NCBI GenBank assembly: GCA_000320545.1
Contig: ADNK01000150.1
Coordinates: 104,770-168,769 of the forward strand
Reading direction: 5' to 3'
Source of the DNA: Bigelowiella natans CCMP2755
Taxonomy: Eukaryota > Protista > Cercozoa
DNA: 64,000 bases
This document shows, piece by piece, positions 62,849-64,000 of the stretch (position 1 is its first letter; every line of letters begins with the position of its first letter). Both the position numbers and the translations under genes were made by a program. The notes beneath the pieces are model-generated. The model worked only from the letters and a program-made list of their open reading frames with translations, was not told the DNA's origin and did no database searches.

Positions 62849-63205
62849 CTAAATCTCCTCCTCTTCATCTTCATCGTGTCCTTTTGAATCTGCTTCCACA
62901 TCGAGAGCATTATCATTGTCGCCTTCATCATCCTCCTCCAGGCACAGCGCATCATTCTTCTTGTGATTCCCTGCGACGTCCTCGGAATCCAGCACACGAA
63001 GCTGCTTCTTCGTGAAGAGAGCCGGCAAGAGGTACGTGCGAATCGGGACCAGACATGCAATCACCTGCGTGAAATCCATTAATAAGAAGAGGAAGAAGGA
63101 GAGGAAAAGGAAGAGGACAGCTGTAACAGTAGAGCGAGCATTAGCACGTGAAGTAAGCTACCCTATGGACTAAAGATTTAGGTACCAATACGCATTCAAG
63201 GAAAG

Positions 63206-63250
<45 letters not shown>

Positions 63251-63686
63251 TCTCCCCGATATCATAAAATACAGAGTTCTATGTAATCTTACGCACCAGA
63301 GGGAACGCCAACGCTGCCGGCGTTTCGTTGAGAATCCATCCAGCGATGATGACAGAGAGCTGGAGCAGAGTGAACAGCCTCGCCGCTCTGAGCACATTAG
63401 TAACGCCGATCGTCGGGGGCAAAGAATACAGCAACAGTGACAGCAGCAGCCAGTGTACTTCCATGATATCTCATTCACGAGGAAGGTGGTGTCATTGCAT
63501 TATAGGTATTCTCTGCCGCATGCTCTAAAAATCCATTATCATCATCTTCTTCTCACTATAAGCGAGTCGCTCAGTCCCCCCCCCCCCACCCGCTCCCTAC
63601 GTTATGGCAAGCTATCACTTCATATTCTATTTGTGGTGTTTTGTTGTTGCGTGTCTGTTTTGAATACAGGAGACTCTTTCTTCGTC

Positions 63687-63720
<34 letters not shown>

Positions 63721-64000
63721 GACAACATCAGCATCTTGTCGGCTGGATGTCGGGTGATCAACCCTGGCTCCCCGTATTCGGCGGGACAGTTTTCTTGCCA
63801 AATGAAGAATACTCTGAGACGTGGCCAGATTCGAGTGTCCATGATGCCTTCAAGCTTGGAGGAGTATAATAAGGAAGGAAGCGGTTGGAGGGAGGAAGAG
63901 GAGGAGGAGGAGGGGGAGGAGGAGGAGGAGGAGGAGGGACATTAACAACAATTAAATTGGAAAACGAGAAGAGAGGGGGAGAAGGATCGCTCTCTCACTC
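62849..64000 (-). CDS. SLC4/BOR anion (bicarbonate/borate) transporter, 3' exons only
   Basis: RLFTLLQLSVIIAGWILNETPAALAFPL|VIACLVPIRTYLLPALFTKKQLRVLD fits the SLC4 C-terminal pattern FT..Q..W..A..FP..LVP.R..LLP..F...L..LD, followed by an acidic tail. Confidence 0.75.

Noticed and set aside
1-64000. tRNA/rRNA genes
   Set aside because: None recognised by eye; tRNAscan-SE/Infernal were not run.

Overview
Intron-rich eukaryotic (protist-like) nuclear DNA with GT-AG introns full of microsatellites. A chlorarachniophyte/rhizarian source is my guess only. About 17 host genes can be reconstructed, including a processive GT2 glycosyltransferase, a SnoaL-dienelactone hydrolase fusion, C2H2, CCCH and ZZ zinc-finger proteins, a membrane aspartic protease, a CenH3/CENP-A histone missed by the ORF track, a DCAF-like WD40 protein, an AP2-domain protein, a Ras GTPase, GCAT, an AGMO-like hydroxylase and an SLC4/BOR transporter. 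There is one intact, very young Ty3/gypsy retrotransposon (18055-23768, apparently identical 325-bp LTRs, TCAT target duplication). Two signals stand out. (1) Non-promoter intergenic DNA and element relics have lost almost all TpA dinucleotides except in CTAG, while introns, exons and the young retrotransposon are TpA-rich. This suggests a silent-DNA-targeted TA->TG/CA (A-to-G) hypermutation process, the opposite of RIP. (2) The gypsy polyprotein ends, where a chromodomain could sit, in a degenerate DIRS/phage-type Dam N6-adenine methyltransferase-like domain, and the element has inserted into one of the TpA-erased tracts. All counts and exon boundaries were made by eye.
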